51,974 nt of DNA from a virus (taxonomy: Duplodnaviria > Caudoviricetes): positions 1 through 51,974 of IMG/VR virus record IMGVR_UViG_3300028802_000021; one strand, given 5' to 3'. Every line of letters starts with the position of its first letter. Positions within the stretch are counted from its first letter, which is position 1. A model generated the notes under the pieces. It was given only the letters and a program-made list of their open reading frames with translations. It did no database searches and had not been told where the DNA came from. The translations under genes were made by a program, and so were the position numbers. This document shows, piece by piece, positions 43,752 to 51,520 of this stretch.

Positions 43752-44002
43752 GCAATGCCGTGTCACTCAAGGGCGCGGCGGCTACCGGAAGACTCCAGCG
43801 AGGTTTTCCGGCCCGCCGCGTTCTTCACGTCCGGGTGACGGCGGGTTGCGTCCCGGTGTCCGGCCATTATGCTGAGACGGTCCGGATCGCCTATGCGATC
43901 TTCGGACCTGGTTAAAGCGGGGCAGTGCCTCGCCACTCAAGGGCGCGGCGGCTACCAGGGGCAGGCACACTTCCCTGGCCCGCCGCGTTCTTCTATGGGC
44001 GA
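43752..44002 (+). repeat. Two copies of a rod-like hairpin motif (43752-43849 and ~43930-44002)
   Basis: Identical CACTCAAGGGCGCGGCGGCTACC...GGCCCGCCGCGTTCTTC enclosing different but paired apical stems. Confidence 0.85.
43846..43873 (+). promoter_or_regulatory. Candidate sigma70-type promoter TTGCGT-N16-TATGCT
   Basis: Consensus-like hexamers; predicted start ~43879 coincides with the first base of a hairpin. Confidence 0.5.
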
Positions 44003-44154
44003 CGCCAGGGCCAGGCGGAGCCACCTACGGCCAGGTGGACGGCGATGGCGAGCAGACCGGCGATGGTGAAGGCGGAGACATATTCGCCGCCGGTGTCTAT
44101 GAGGTCGAGCAGGAGCGCCACTCCGAAGAGGATGGCGGCGGCGACGGCGAACAT
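43993..44154 (-). CDS. 53-aa two-TM protein, holin candidate
   Basis: MFAVAAAILFGVALLLDLIDTGGEYVSAFTIAGLLAIAVHLAVGGSAWPWRRP; ATG abuts endolysin stop; not in ORF track. Confidence 0.65.
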   Translation of the reverse strand: MFAVAAAILFGVALLLDLIDTGGEYVSAFTIAGLLAIAVHLAVGGSAWPWRRP

Positions 44155-44898
44155 CTACTCGGCGCCTTCGCCGAGGACTGCCACCTTGAGCTCCGCCAGG
44201 TCGTCCTTGATGTCCTTCAGGTCGCATTTAACCCACTGAAGGTCGCGCCCGTTGTAGCCGATGCCGGCGTTGACGCCCATCGTCGGGTTCGGGTCGTTCG
44301 TCGGCACCGGGTTGCCCTTGGAGTCGTAGCGCTGCACACAGTCCTCGTAGGCGGCGGTGGCGAGCGCCTTCTTCCCGTCGGTGCTCTTGGACCAGTTCGT
44401 CATCCACTTCTTGAAATCGGATTCGTTCATGGTGTCACCCCACTCGTCGACGAGACCCCAGGAGCTGGTGTCGTTCTCGTTTGTCGTGTCGTACTTGGCG
44501 GAGAAGTGGCCGTGCTTGTCGTGCGGGTTCGAGCCGGTGTAGTTGCGCCAGTTCCAGCCGTTGGACTCTTCGGCGATCTTCTTGTTCCAGATGACGTAGT
44601 AGAGCCTGTCGTCCTTGTTGTTCTTGTGGTTGTTGACGATGAGGTTGATGGCGTCGGTGAAGGTCATCCCGTTGGGCCAGGGTCCGGTGCAGTCGACGTC
44701 GATGGCGTGGACTTCGTTGATCGAGTCGGAGTCTTCTCGGGAGGTGGCGCCGGTTTCGTCGGGGTTGTGGTCGGAGGTGCTGCTGGCGTGGGCGGAGTCG
44801 CCGATGGACCCGTCGGTGGAGTCGTCTCGGTCGGGGTTGAGCTCGTCGAACTCGTCGAATAGGGATTTGAGGCAAGGGATCAGCACCCAGCTCGCCAT
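44155..44898 (-). CDS. Endolysin (M15-like Zn peptidase)
   Basis: DGSIGD.AH....SDHNPD...VHAIDVD...YVIWN...W..YTGSNPHDKHGHFS; SD GAGGAGG. Confidence 0.8.
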   Translation of the reverse strand: MASWVLIPCLKSLFDEFDELNPDRDDSTDGSIGDSAHASSTSDHNPDETGATSREDSDSINEVHAIDVDCTGPWPNGMTFTDAINLIVNNHKNNKDDRLYYVIWNKKIAEESNGWNWRNYTGSNPHDKHGHFSAKYDTTNENDTSSWGLVDEWGDTMNESDFKKWMTNWSKSTDGKKALATAAYEDCVQRYDSKGNPVPTNDPNPTMGVNAGIGYNGRDLQWVKCDLKDIKDDLAELKVAVLGEGAE

Positions 44899-44978
44899 TG
44901 ATTGCCTCCTCTTTCGGGTGATGCACGAAGGGGGGACCGATGGCACGCGATGGCGCTCGGGTGCCTTAGGGTGGTGGG

Positions 44979-45233
44979 GTGACGGAGGAACAGAGTCCGG
45001 TGCTGCTCGGCGTCCTGATAGCACTGCTGGGAGCTTCCACCGCGTTCAGCTTCGGGTACCTGAAGCACCGGCTGGAAAGATCGAACTCCGACTACAAGGA
45101 CACGAAGGCCAAGGTGGTGCCGCTGCGGAAGGCGTATTGGCTGGCCTGGTGGGCGGCGGTGAAGGTCGGCTTCTGGGTGTTCATCGTCGGGTTCATCCTG
45201 GTCGCCTGGGTGTTCAGCGATGCGCAGAAGTAG
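44979..45233 (+). CDS. Two-TM membrane protein
   Basis: Two hydrophobic helices; first gene of inverted cassette. Confidence 0.6.
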   Translation: MTEEQSPVLLGVLIALLGASTAFSFGYLKHRLERSNSDYKDTKAKVVPLRKAYWLAWWAAVKVGFWVFIVGFILVAWVFSDAQK

Positions 45234-45516
45234 CACCCCGCACGAGCCGGGCCCCGGGTGCCGCGACGACCACTGCTACTCGTGCAATCTGGACGAGCCC
45301 TTAGAAGGGGGCTACTACATCCTCTGCGGCGAGTGCTTCCACGTGTACTACACGAAAGCGGAACTGCGCCGGGCCTACCGTCGGGTCTATTGGAGGACGC
45401 ACCGTTGGGCCCCGTTCGGCGGCCCCCCGACGCCGATGTGGCGGATCCTGTGGCGGGTACTGACAGTACGGGCCAAAGACATCTACTTCTGCCAGGAGTG
45501 CACACATGATTTCTAG
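45220..45516 (+). CDS. Zn-binding hypothetical protein
   Basis: CYSC, CGEC.H, FCQECTHDF. Confidence 0.65.
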   Translation: MRRSSTPHEPGPGCRDDHCYSCNLDEPLEGGYYILCGECFHVYYTKAELRRAYRRVYWRTHRWAPFGGPPTPMWRILWRVLTVRAKDIYFCQECTHDF

Positions 45517-45835
45517 GGTGAACCAGCTCGACGCCCTGTATGCGCGGGTGCCGAACATCAACTGCAAGGGTCTGTGTTACGAAACGTGCGGGCCGATCAT
45601 TCCGATGGCGGCGGCGGAGCAGCAGCGGACCGGGCTGCCGACGGTGAACTGGCACGACAACCAGTGCGCCGCGTTGACGTACGAGAATCGGTGTGCGATC
45701 TACGCCGAGCGCCCGCTGATATGCCGCCTGTACGGGACGGTGGAGGACTTCACCTGCGAGTTCGGGTGCGAGCCCGACAGTCACCTGACACCCGCCGAGG
45801 GGCGCGAGCTGATCCGGGAGTCGCAGGAGATCTGA
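45506..45835 (+). CDS. YkgJ/UPF0153-like cysteine-cluster protein
   Basis: CKGLC..TCGP...C..L....C.IY..RPLICRLYG. Confidence 0.8.
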   Translation: MISRVNQLDALYARVPNINCKGLCYETCGPIIPMAAAEQQRTGLPTVNWHDNQCAALTYENRCAIYAERPLICRLYGTVEDFTCEFGCEPDSHLTPAEGRELIRESQEI

Positions 45836-45841
45836 CAAGGC

Positions 45842-46002
45842 TTCCCCGGGTACCCTCCCGCGTTCCCGAGTCGACGCGGTGGGGGCGTGTTGCGGCCCCG
45901 GGGAATCCCCCAGGATGGTCTCCCCGTAGGAGTGGGTGAGCTTCCCTGGGGGTCGGGGGCCTGCGCGTCATGGGGTGCAACCCGCGCAGGCCCCCACTTT
46001 TC
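45842..46002 (+). promoter_or_regulatory. Three-hairpin structured intergenic element ending in a terminator
   Basis: TTCCCCGGG/CCCGGGGAA; CCCCCAGG/CCTGGGGG; GGGGGCCTGCGCG/CGCGCAGGCCCCC-ACTTTT. Confidence 0.55.
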
Positions 46003-46023
46003 TTCCCCGAGAGGAGCCCGTTG

Positions 46024-46290
46024 ATGACAGACGAGGTAGTGACGTTGACCCTGCACATCCGCAAAGAGGTCTACGAGCGGATCTGGACTGCCGCTGCCCG
46101 CAACGGCATGTCCCGGACGGCGGTGGTGAACGAATATGTGGAGCTGTTCGACAGCATCGCCACCTCGCCTTCGGGAACCCGGATGAAGGTCAGACTGCTT
46201 CGCGACGGCACCGAACTGTGGGTGGATGTGGTGCGTAACGACATCGCCGGTGGGAGACGCCGGCGATGGCAGTGGTTCAGACGATCATGA
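46024..46290 (+). CDS. Ribbon-helix-helix DNA-binding protein
   Basis: VTLTLHIRKEVYERIWTAAARNGMSRTAVVNEYVE; SD GAGGAG. Confidence 0.7.
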   Translation: MTDEVVTLTLHIRKEVYERIWTAAARNGMSRTAVVNEYVELFDSIATSPSGTRMKVRLLRDGTELWVDVVRNDIAGGRRRRWQWFRRS

Positions 46291-47968
46291 GGTTTCCGTC
46301 CTCATAGGCGGACCGGATCGTCTCCATGCCCTCCCGCGACTTCCACGCGTTGACCGCCATCGCCGCCGCCGGAACCGCGTCGATGCGGGCCTTGTCCCTG
46401 CCCCGCTCCGGTTTCACCGGGCGCACCAGATTGGGGTCGTACGGAGCATGTCGGACTTCGCACTGATCGAAACAGTAGCGGGCCACTGGGTTGCCGTGAT
46501 GCCGCAACAGTCCCCGTTTGACGGTACCCATCAGGTCTGTCATCCCGGGACTCATGCGATCGTAAGTGTTGCGGTACGCCGTCAGTTCGCCTTCTTCGAT
46601 GTCGAGCTTCAACACGTCGGCGATCCGGTTGATGATCGGCCACATCGACCACTCGTCGCAGTCCGCGGCGACGATCCGGTAGGCCTTCGCATCCTCGGCG
46701 ATATCGTCGATGACCTTGTCGTAGTCGATGACGGAGCCTTCGGTGATCGTCAGCCAGCCCTGTTTCGCCCAACGCGTGAACTTGCCGTCGTGAAGCTGGT
46801 CAAGGCGTTCCAGCCCCGACTCGGGCAGCCAGAACCGCCACATGATGTGTGCCGGGTCCTCGTTCGGCTCCTCTCCTGGGACCACCACCGCCCATGCGGT
46901 CAGGTCGAATTTCGCGGCTAGGTCGAACCCGGCGTAGGCGATGCGGCCGTGCAACTCCTTGTTGTGCCAGTGCGGGTTCAGCCACAGGTTGCCGGTGCAG
47001 GTATCCCACAGGTGCATCGGCATCCACCGTGACGACTGCGCCACCCACTGGTTGAGCCGGAACTGGCGGAAGGCGTTCTCCTTCGCCGGGTCGTTGCGGG
47101 CCTCCTGGGCTTCGTCGCGCAGCGACTGCCAGGACAGGAACTCGCCCAAAGCCGGGTTGGCAAGAGGCCACAGGGTTTCGTCCCAGGGGTCGGCGTCGGC
47201 GGGGATGTTCTTGATGTAGACGAAGATGTGCGGGGCCCGGTCCGGGTTCTCGGCGATCTTCAACATCTCGTCGTGTTCCTGCTTGGCGAACGACTGCGGA
47301 TCGTCGCCGGCGGTGGTGGCGGCGACCATCAGCGGCTGGACCCGGGCGCCCATGCCGGTGCGCATGGCATTCCACAGGTCGGAGTTCTTCTGGGTAAGCA
47401 CTTCATCGAAGACGATGCCGTGGGGGTTGTGGCCCAGGTTGCCGGCGGAGTCGGAGGCGACGGCTTCGTAGTAGGAGCCGGTGGTGGTGTCGTAGATCCG
47501 CTTCGCCTGCTTGTTGATCTTCAGCCTGGAAGAGAGCAGCGTCGACAGGTGCACCATGCGCTCGGCGACGTCGAAGACCTTGCGGGCCTGGTCCCGGTCC
47601 ATGGCGGCGCCGTAGATCTCGGCACCCTCCTCATCGTCGGCGATGAGCAGGTACAGGGCGATCCCAGCCAGAATCTCCGACTTGCCGTTCTTGCGGGCAA
47701 CCTCCACCCAGGCCAGCCGGTAGCGGCGCACATAGCAGTCGTGCTCTGTGGACCAGGTGACCTTGCCGAACAGCGGGGCGATGATGTCGTCGAGCTGCCA
47801 CTGGGAGAGCCGGAACGGGGTCCGGGACCAGCGACCCTTGGTGTGGACGAGGATTTCGGCGAAAAACGCATTCACGTGTGCGACTCGGGGCCCGCACAGG
47901 TGGTCTCCGCGCTTGGTGCAGGCGATGTCGTCGAATGTTTTTCCACATTGGGGCAGCCGCTTAGGCAC
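46277..47968 (-). CDS. terL: Terminase large subunit
   Basis: VARKNGKS (Walker A), IVFDEV (Walker B), TTAG, GFDLA...DLTA, RIDAV.A. Confidence 0.97.
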   Translation of the reverse strand: MPKRLPQCGKTFDDIACTKRGDHLCGPRVAHVNAFFAEILVHTKGRWSRTPFRLSQWQLDDIIAPLFGKVTWSTEHDCYVRRYRLAWVEVARKNGKSEILAGIALYLLIADDEEGAEIYGAAMDRDQARKVFDVAERMVHLSTLLSSRLKINKQAKRIYDTTTGSYYEAVASDSAGNLGHNPHGIVFDEVLTQKNSDLWNAMRTGMGARVQPLMVAATTAGDDPQSFAKQEHDEMLKIAENPDRAPHIFVYIKNIPADADPWDETLWPLANPALGEFLSWQSLRDEAQEARNDPAKENAFRQFRLNQWVAQSSRWMPMHLWDTCTGNLWLNPHWHNKELHGRIAYAGFDLAAKFDLTAWAVVVPGEEPNEDPAHIMWRFWLPESGLERLDQLHDGKFTRWAKQGWLTITEGSVIDYDKVIDDIAEDAKAYRIVAADCDEWSMWPIINRIADVLKLDIEEGELTAYRNTYDRMSPGMTDLMGTVKRGLLRHHGNPVARYCFDQCEVRHAPYDPNLVRPVKPERGRDKARIDAVPAAAMAVNAWKSREGMETIRSAYEDGNLMIV

Positions 47969-48021
47969 CGGTTTCACCTCCCCGAACGAGTGACATGGCG
48001 CACCGGGCGTCACTTACATGC

Positions 48022-48040
48022 AAAGTGAACCGTTCACTTT
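48022..48040. promoter_or_regulatory. Perfect palindrome, candidate operator
   Basis: AAAGTGAAC-C-GTTCACTTT between divergent terL and the XRE gene. Confidence 0.6.
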
Positions 48041-48043
48041 CTT

Positions 48044-48661
48044 ATGAAGGGCAAGGATTGGCACGGCACCGACATCAACCTGACCGCAAGACTCCAGCCG
48101 TTCCTGTCGGCGGTGATAGCCCGCCAAGCCCGGCTCGGCGAATCCGGCCGCCAGACGTCGACCAGGGCGGGGCATTCGGCGACCTGGTGGTTCGATGTCA
48201 CCGCCCGACACGCAATGATCAACCCGAGTCTGTCCCGAATGGCGCAGGTCGCCGAAGTCCTGTTCATACAGGAGTTCGGGCTGTTCCTGTTCGCCGACGA
48301 CGAGTACTCCACATACACCCTGCACGACATCGAAGCCCCGGACGCGAACCAGTCGCGCATTTCCATGGGGAGGAAGGTCTACGACTTCCGGAGACCACTG
48401 AAACCGCTGTGTGAACTGCTGACGCAGCGCCGGCGGGTCCTGTACAGGACTCCTAAGGAGTTCGCGGCAGTGAACGGGTTCGAACGGACAACCATCACCG
48501 GACTGGAATCACCGAAGAAGAACTACAACCCGTCGCTGGCCCGCCTGTCGTTCTGGGCGCAGGCGCTGCAGGTGCAAGAGTTCGGCGTGTATCTGCTCAT
48601 CGACGGCGAGTACACAGAGGTCGACGTGCTGCACGACAACGAAACGGAGGATGGGGAATGA
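48044..48661 (+). CDS. Tandem two-domain XRE-like protein with QEFG motifs
   Basis: NPSLSRM...IQEFGLFL and KEFAAVNGFERTTITGLES...NPSLARL..WA...QEFGVYL. Confidence 0.7.
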   Translation: MKGKDWHGTDINLTARLQPFLSAVIARQARLGESGRQTSTRAGHSATWWFDVTARHAMINPSLSRMAQVAEVLFIQEFGLFLFADDEYSTYTLHDIEAPDANQSRISMGRKVYDFRRPLKPLCELLTQRRRVLYRTPKEFAAVNGFERTTITGLESPKKNYNPSLARLSFWAQALQVQEFGVYLLIDGEYTEVDVLHDNETEDGE

Positions 48662-48942
48662 TCGACTACGGGGATTTCCGGGTTCGGCTGGCGCCGATCG
48701 CTGCCGTCATGCGCCAGCACCGCAAACAGGTGCTGGGCATGAGCGCCGTCGAGTTTTCCAGGGCGGCGGGGCCGTACGACCAGTATGTGTCGGTGCTCGA
48801 ATCAGGGCTGGGTCTGCGGAATCCGACGATCGGCAAGCTGGTCCATTGGGCGAAGATGGCTCAGGCGCAGGAATTCGGCCTGTATGTGGTCCTGAACGGT
48901 GTCACCACCGACGTTTCCCTCATCGACGAGCGGGGGGAGTGA
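48658..48942 (+). CDS. XRE-family HTH protein with QEFG motif
   Basis: LGMSAVEFSRAAG...VSVLESG...NPTIGKLVHWA...QEFGLYV. Confidence 0.75.
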   Translation: MIDYGDFRVRLAPIAAVMRQHRKQVLGMSAVEFSRAAGPYDQYVSVLESGLGLRNPTIGKLVHWAKMAQAQEFGLYVVLNGVTTDVSLIDERGE

Positions 48943-49233
48943 GTGGCGGACCAGATTTCGGATGGTGAGGCTTTCGCCATCCTCATCGCCCACGCCCTGG
49001 GGGAGCTGTACGCCTACCCGTGCTGCCCCGACTGTTGTTGGCCGTGTTACGTGCTGAAAGCCCTCTCGGAGCGCCCTGACGGCGCCGGAAGCCTGAATTC
49101 GCTGCTGACGAACGCCTCGCCGTCTCTGGACGGCTACTCCTGGTACACGGATGCGGGTGTCGACCGGGAATGGCTGGACAAGGTGGCGTTTTCCCGCACC
49201 TCATGCCATGAGGGGCCTGAAAGTGACCGATGA
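48943..49233 (+). CDS. Cys-cluster hypothetical protein
   Basis: PCCPDCCWPC. Confidence 0.55.
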   Translation: MADQISDGEAFAILIAHALGELYAYPCCPDCCWPCYVLKALSERPDGAGSLNSLLTNASPSLDGYSWYTDAGVDREWLDKVAFSRTSCHEGPESDR

Positions 49234-49417
49234 CGACCGGGTGGTGCACCTGAACGCGTCGCGGATGGTCCGGTGGGCGAAGAAGGTCGGCGCGCAGGAG
49301 TTCGGCTTCTATGTGGTGATCGACGGCGACCGGATAGTGATCCCGCTCAGCCTGACAGAAGACGAGACGGACCCGGGCCCTGAACCGTCTCCTGAACCTG
49401 AGACTCCCCCACTCTGA
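49223..49417 (+). CDS. HTH-less QEFG-motif microprotein
   Basis: NASRMVRWAKKVGAQEFGFYVVIDGD; GTG with GAGGGG SD. Confidence 0.65.
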   Translation: MTDDDRVVHLNASRMVRWAKKVGAQEFGFYVVIDGDRIVIPLSLTEDETDPGPEPSPEPETPPL

Positions 49418-49832
49418 GCCCTCCTCGGGCTGACGGGGTCAGTCCGAAGTGGCGGGCGTAGTCCTTCATCAGGTTGGACGCTTCGCGCATGATGCTGGTG
49501 GCGGGGTGCTTGAGGGGGCCTCGGGGGCTGTCGATGACGAGTCCGTCGCGTTGGATCATCCGGGATGCCTTGCGGAAGGTGACGACTGCTTCGCAGTAGC
49601 CGTGGAGGATGTCCCGGTCGGCGGGGGCCACCGTTTTCATGATCTCCAGCTGCCGGAGGGTGTATTCCCAGACCTCGATGACTTCTTTGTCTTTCGACGG
49701 GCAGATGGGGGTGCCTTCTTCGGGGATGGGTTCGTCGTTGTTGACGAGTTCGGGGTGGCCGCCTCGGAGAAGCTTGAGGGCGTTGGGTGTGCCGCCGGCG
49801 GTGCGGCTGCCGGGTGGTCGTCCTCTGCCCAT
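49347..49832 (-). CDS. terS: Terminase small subunit, P27 family
   Basis: P.ALKLLRG.HP...W...D...L.GYCEA...KHPA...FGLTPSAR; SD GAAAGGA. Confidence 0.92.
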   Translation of the reverse strand: MGRGRPPGSRTAGGTPNALKLLRGGHPELVNNDEPIPEEGTPICPSKDKEVIEVWEYTLRQLEIMKTVAPADRDILHGYCEAVVTFRKASRMIQRDGLVIDSPRGPLKHPATSIMREASNLMKDYARHFGLTPSARGGLRVGESQVQETVQGPGPSRLLSG

Positions 49833-50036
49833 GATCGGTTCCTTTCGGTGGGTCTTGAGGGTGGCGAGGTCTTGTCCTCGCCCATACGGGTGGCGATAGC
49901 ATCCAGTTGCGCGCCGGTGTGAGATAATCGCCGGGCAGTTCCAGCAGGGGTTACCGTCCCGGCCCACCACCCCTTCAGGTTCTCCGCCACGCAAGCTTCG
50001 AAGCTGAAGAAGGGCCGGGACGGTCTTGAGGAGGGC

Positions 50037-50216
50037 ATGGCGCCGATGAGCGACGACGAGGAACAGCCGTGCGTCTGCGGCAGGCAGCGCATCAAATCCA
50101 TCCAGGACATCGCCGACCACTTCGGGTTCACCTACCAGCAGGCGTTCGACTACGTGCTCACCATCGGCATCGCCCACTCCCAATCCGCCCTCACCCAGAA
50201 AGAGCCCGGCGAATGA
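50037..50216 (+). CDS. Small HTH-like protein
   Basis: SD GAGGAGG; KSIQDIADHFGFT; ATGA overlap; not in ORF track. Confidence 0.55.
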   Translation: MAPMSDDEEQPCVCGRQRIKSIQDIADHFGFTYQQAFDYVLTIGIAHSQSALTQKEPGE

Positions 50217-50464
50217 TCGACAGAGAAAGGATTCCGTTGGCGGAAATGATCATCAACACCATCGCCAACCGTCCCGGCGCCCAGCCCAAGACACCGGAAA
50301 TCCCGAAAAGCGTCGCCGAAGTCGCCGACAACTACGCTCTCACCACAGAAGAGGCCGGAGAGCTGCTGGTCGAGCTGGGGCTGCTCTACCTGCGTGACCA
50401 CACCCGCCAGGCCCACAAACTCCTCTGCGCCCTCGCCATCACCCCGCAGAAGGCCACCGAGTGA
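50213..50464 (+). CDS. Small HTH-like protein, possible paralogue of the previous gene
   Basis: KSVAEVADNYALT...LGL. Confidence 0.55.
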   Translation: MIDRERIPLAEMIINTIANRPGAQPKTPEIPKSVAEVADNYALTTEEAGELLVELGLLYLRDHTRQAHKLLCALAITPQKATE

Positions 50465-50796
50465 AAGCAGGAAGGTTTTTCAGCTTGTTCAGCGGCCGAG
50501 ACGACAACGCCGACGTCTACGTTGACCTTGACGGCACCCAAATCCCCGTCATCTCCGCCCGATACGAGCCCGGCGACAAAGCCCGAGTCGTCATACGACT
50601 CGATCAGCTCAAGCTGCTCGTCTATCTCGACAAGGTCAAAAACGCGCCGGAAGAGGAAACCTCCCCGCAGGTGCACCACCTGTCAGCGAATGGCGACCCG
50701 CACGTGAAAACGGGCGACTCCGTCACCGGGCGATGGGGCATGGTCGACTGTCCACAGTGTAAGCGGGCGTATACCGCCAAAGCGGCCAAGATCTAA
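50461..50796 (+). CDS. Hypothetical protein
   Basis: GTGA overlap; VHH...VDCPQC. Confidence 0.6.
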   Translation: MKAGRFFSLFSGRDDNADVYVDLDGTQIPVISARYEPGDKARVVIRLDQLKLLVYLDKVKNAPEEETSPQVHHLSANGDPHVKTGDSVTGRWGMVDCPQCKRAYTAKAAKI

Positions 50797-50811
50797 GGGG
50801 GTCGGCCAGTC

Positions 50812-51078
50812 GTGAGCGCGAAAGATCCCGCAGACCGTTCCCTCATCGCATCCATTGCAGCCCACATCTCATGGGGACGCACCCCCAACCGGGCCGCCAG
50901 AACCGAGGCCGCCCGTCAGGCCGCGCTCGATCGGTTCGAGGCCCAGGTGCCGCCCGAGGTGGTTGACCCGGCCGCCCGTGCCGCCGCCGCCGAAAACCTG
51001 CGCCGGGCCTACTACAAGACCCTCGCTCGCAAGTCCGCTCAGGCGCGCAAGGCCAAGAAGGCGAAACTTCTCCGCTAG
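50812..51078 (+). CDS. Conserved basic helical actinobacterial protein
   Basis: RS..A.IAAH.SW..T.NR.ART.AAR.A...RFE..V...RRAYY..LA.KS..AR. Confidence 0.75.
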   Translation: MSAKDPADRSLIASIAAHISWGRTPNRAARTEAARQAALDRFEAQVPPEVVDPAARAAAAENLRRAYYKTLARKSAQARKAKKAKLLR

Positions 51079-51130
51079 CGCGACTGGTGGAGCGGAAAAG
51101 GCCCTCTAGCGCGACTGGGGGGCCTTTTTC
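51076..51130 (+). terminator. Terminator hairpin with duplicated CTAGCGCGACTGG
   Basis: GAAAAGGCCCTCTAG-CGCGA-CTGGGGGGCCTTTT; 13-bp direct repeat at 51075 and 51105. Confidence 0.6.
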
Positions 51131-51147
51131 GACGAAAAGGAGCCTAA

Positions 51148-51510
51148 ATGGAAGAAATTACCGGGCGAGCCATGAGCCCGTTCCTGCGCATGCACCCCGA
51201 AGCCCCGATCCGGGTCAGCATCAACGGATTCCTGGTAAAAATCGACGATGTGTACTACGACAACCGGATCGGGGTCCAAATCGTCGAAATCGACTCCGAT
51301 CTGCCCCAAATCGAGCTGTGGACCTCCGTAGAGGCCGCTAAATACCTGAAAGTGTCCCGGCAGCGGATCCACCAGATCGCCACCGCCTACGCGCTCACCC
51401 CGGCACACACAGTTCTCGTCGGCGGAGGGCGAAGCCTCCACCTATGGCATGCGGCAACCTGGCGCCAGTTCGCCGAAATCGACCGGAGCGCCGGGCGCCC
51501 CAAGACCTAG
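51148..51510 (+). CDS. HTH DNA-binding protein
   Basis: EAAKYLKVSRQRIHQI; SD AAGGAG. Confidence 0.7.
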   Translation: MEEITGRAMSPFLRMHPEAPIRVSINGFLVKIDDVYYDNRIGVQIVEIDSDLPQIELWTSVEAAKYLKVSRQRIHQIATAYALTPAHTVLVGGGRSLHLWHAATWRQFAEIDRSAGRPKT

Positions 51511-51520
51511 GAGAACCCTG

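Larger units (their letters stand above)
43350..44038 (+). ncRNA. Structured non-coding RNA island
   Basis: Near-continuous stems with + strand G-U pairs, an embedded tRNA and a duplicated motif; no credible ORF in 43333-43992. Confidence 0.65.

Noticed and set aside
43752-44002. CRISPR mini-array or TIGR-like array
   Set aside because: Only two units; the constant arms pair with each other around a structured insert; no cas or Nop-domain gene is recognisable.
43293-44069. ORF-track ORFs inside the ncRNA island
   Set aside because: Pro/Arg-rich translations without SD that overlap a clear tRNA and long stems.
46277-47968. Intron or intein in terL
   Set aside because: Length is ordinary, motifs are contiguous and no splice-junction residues are evident.
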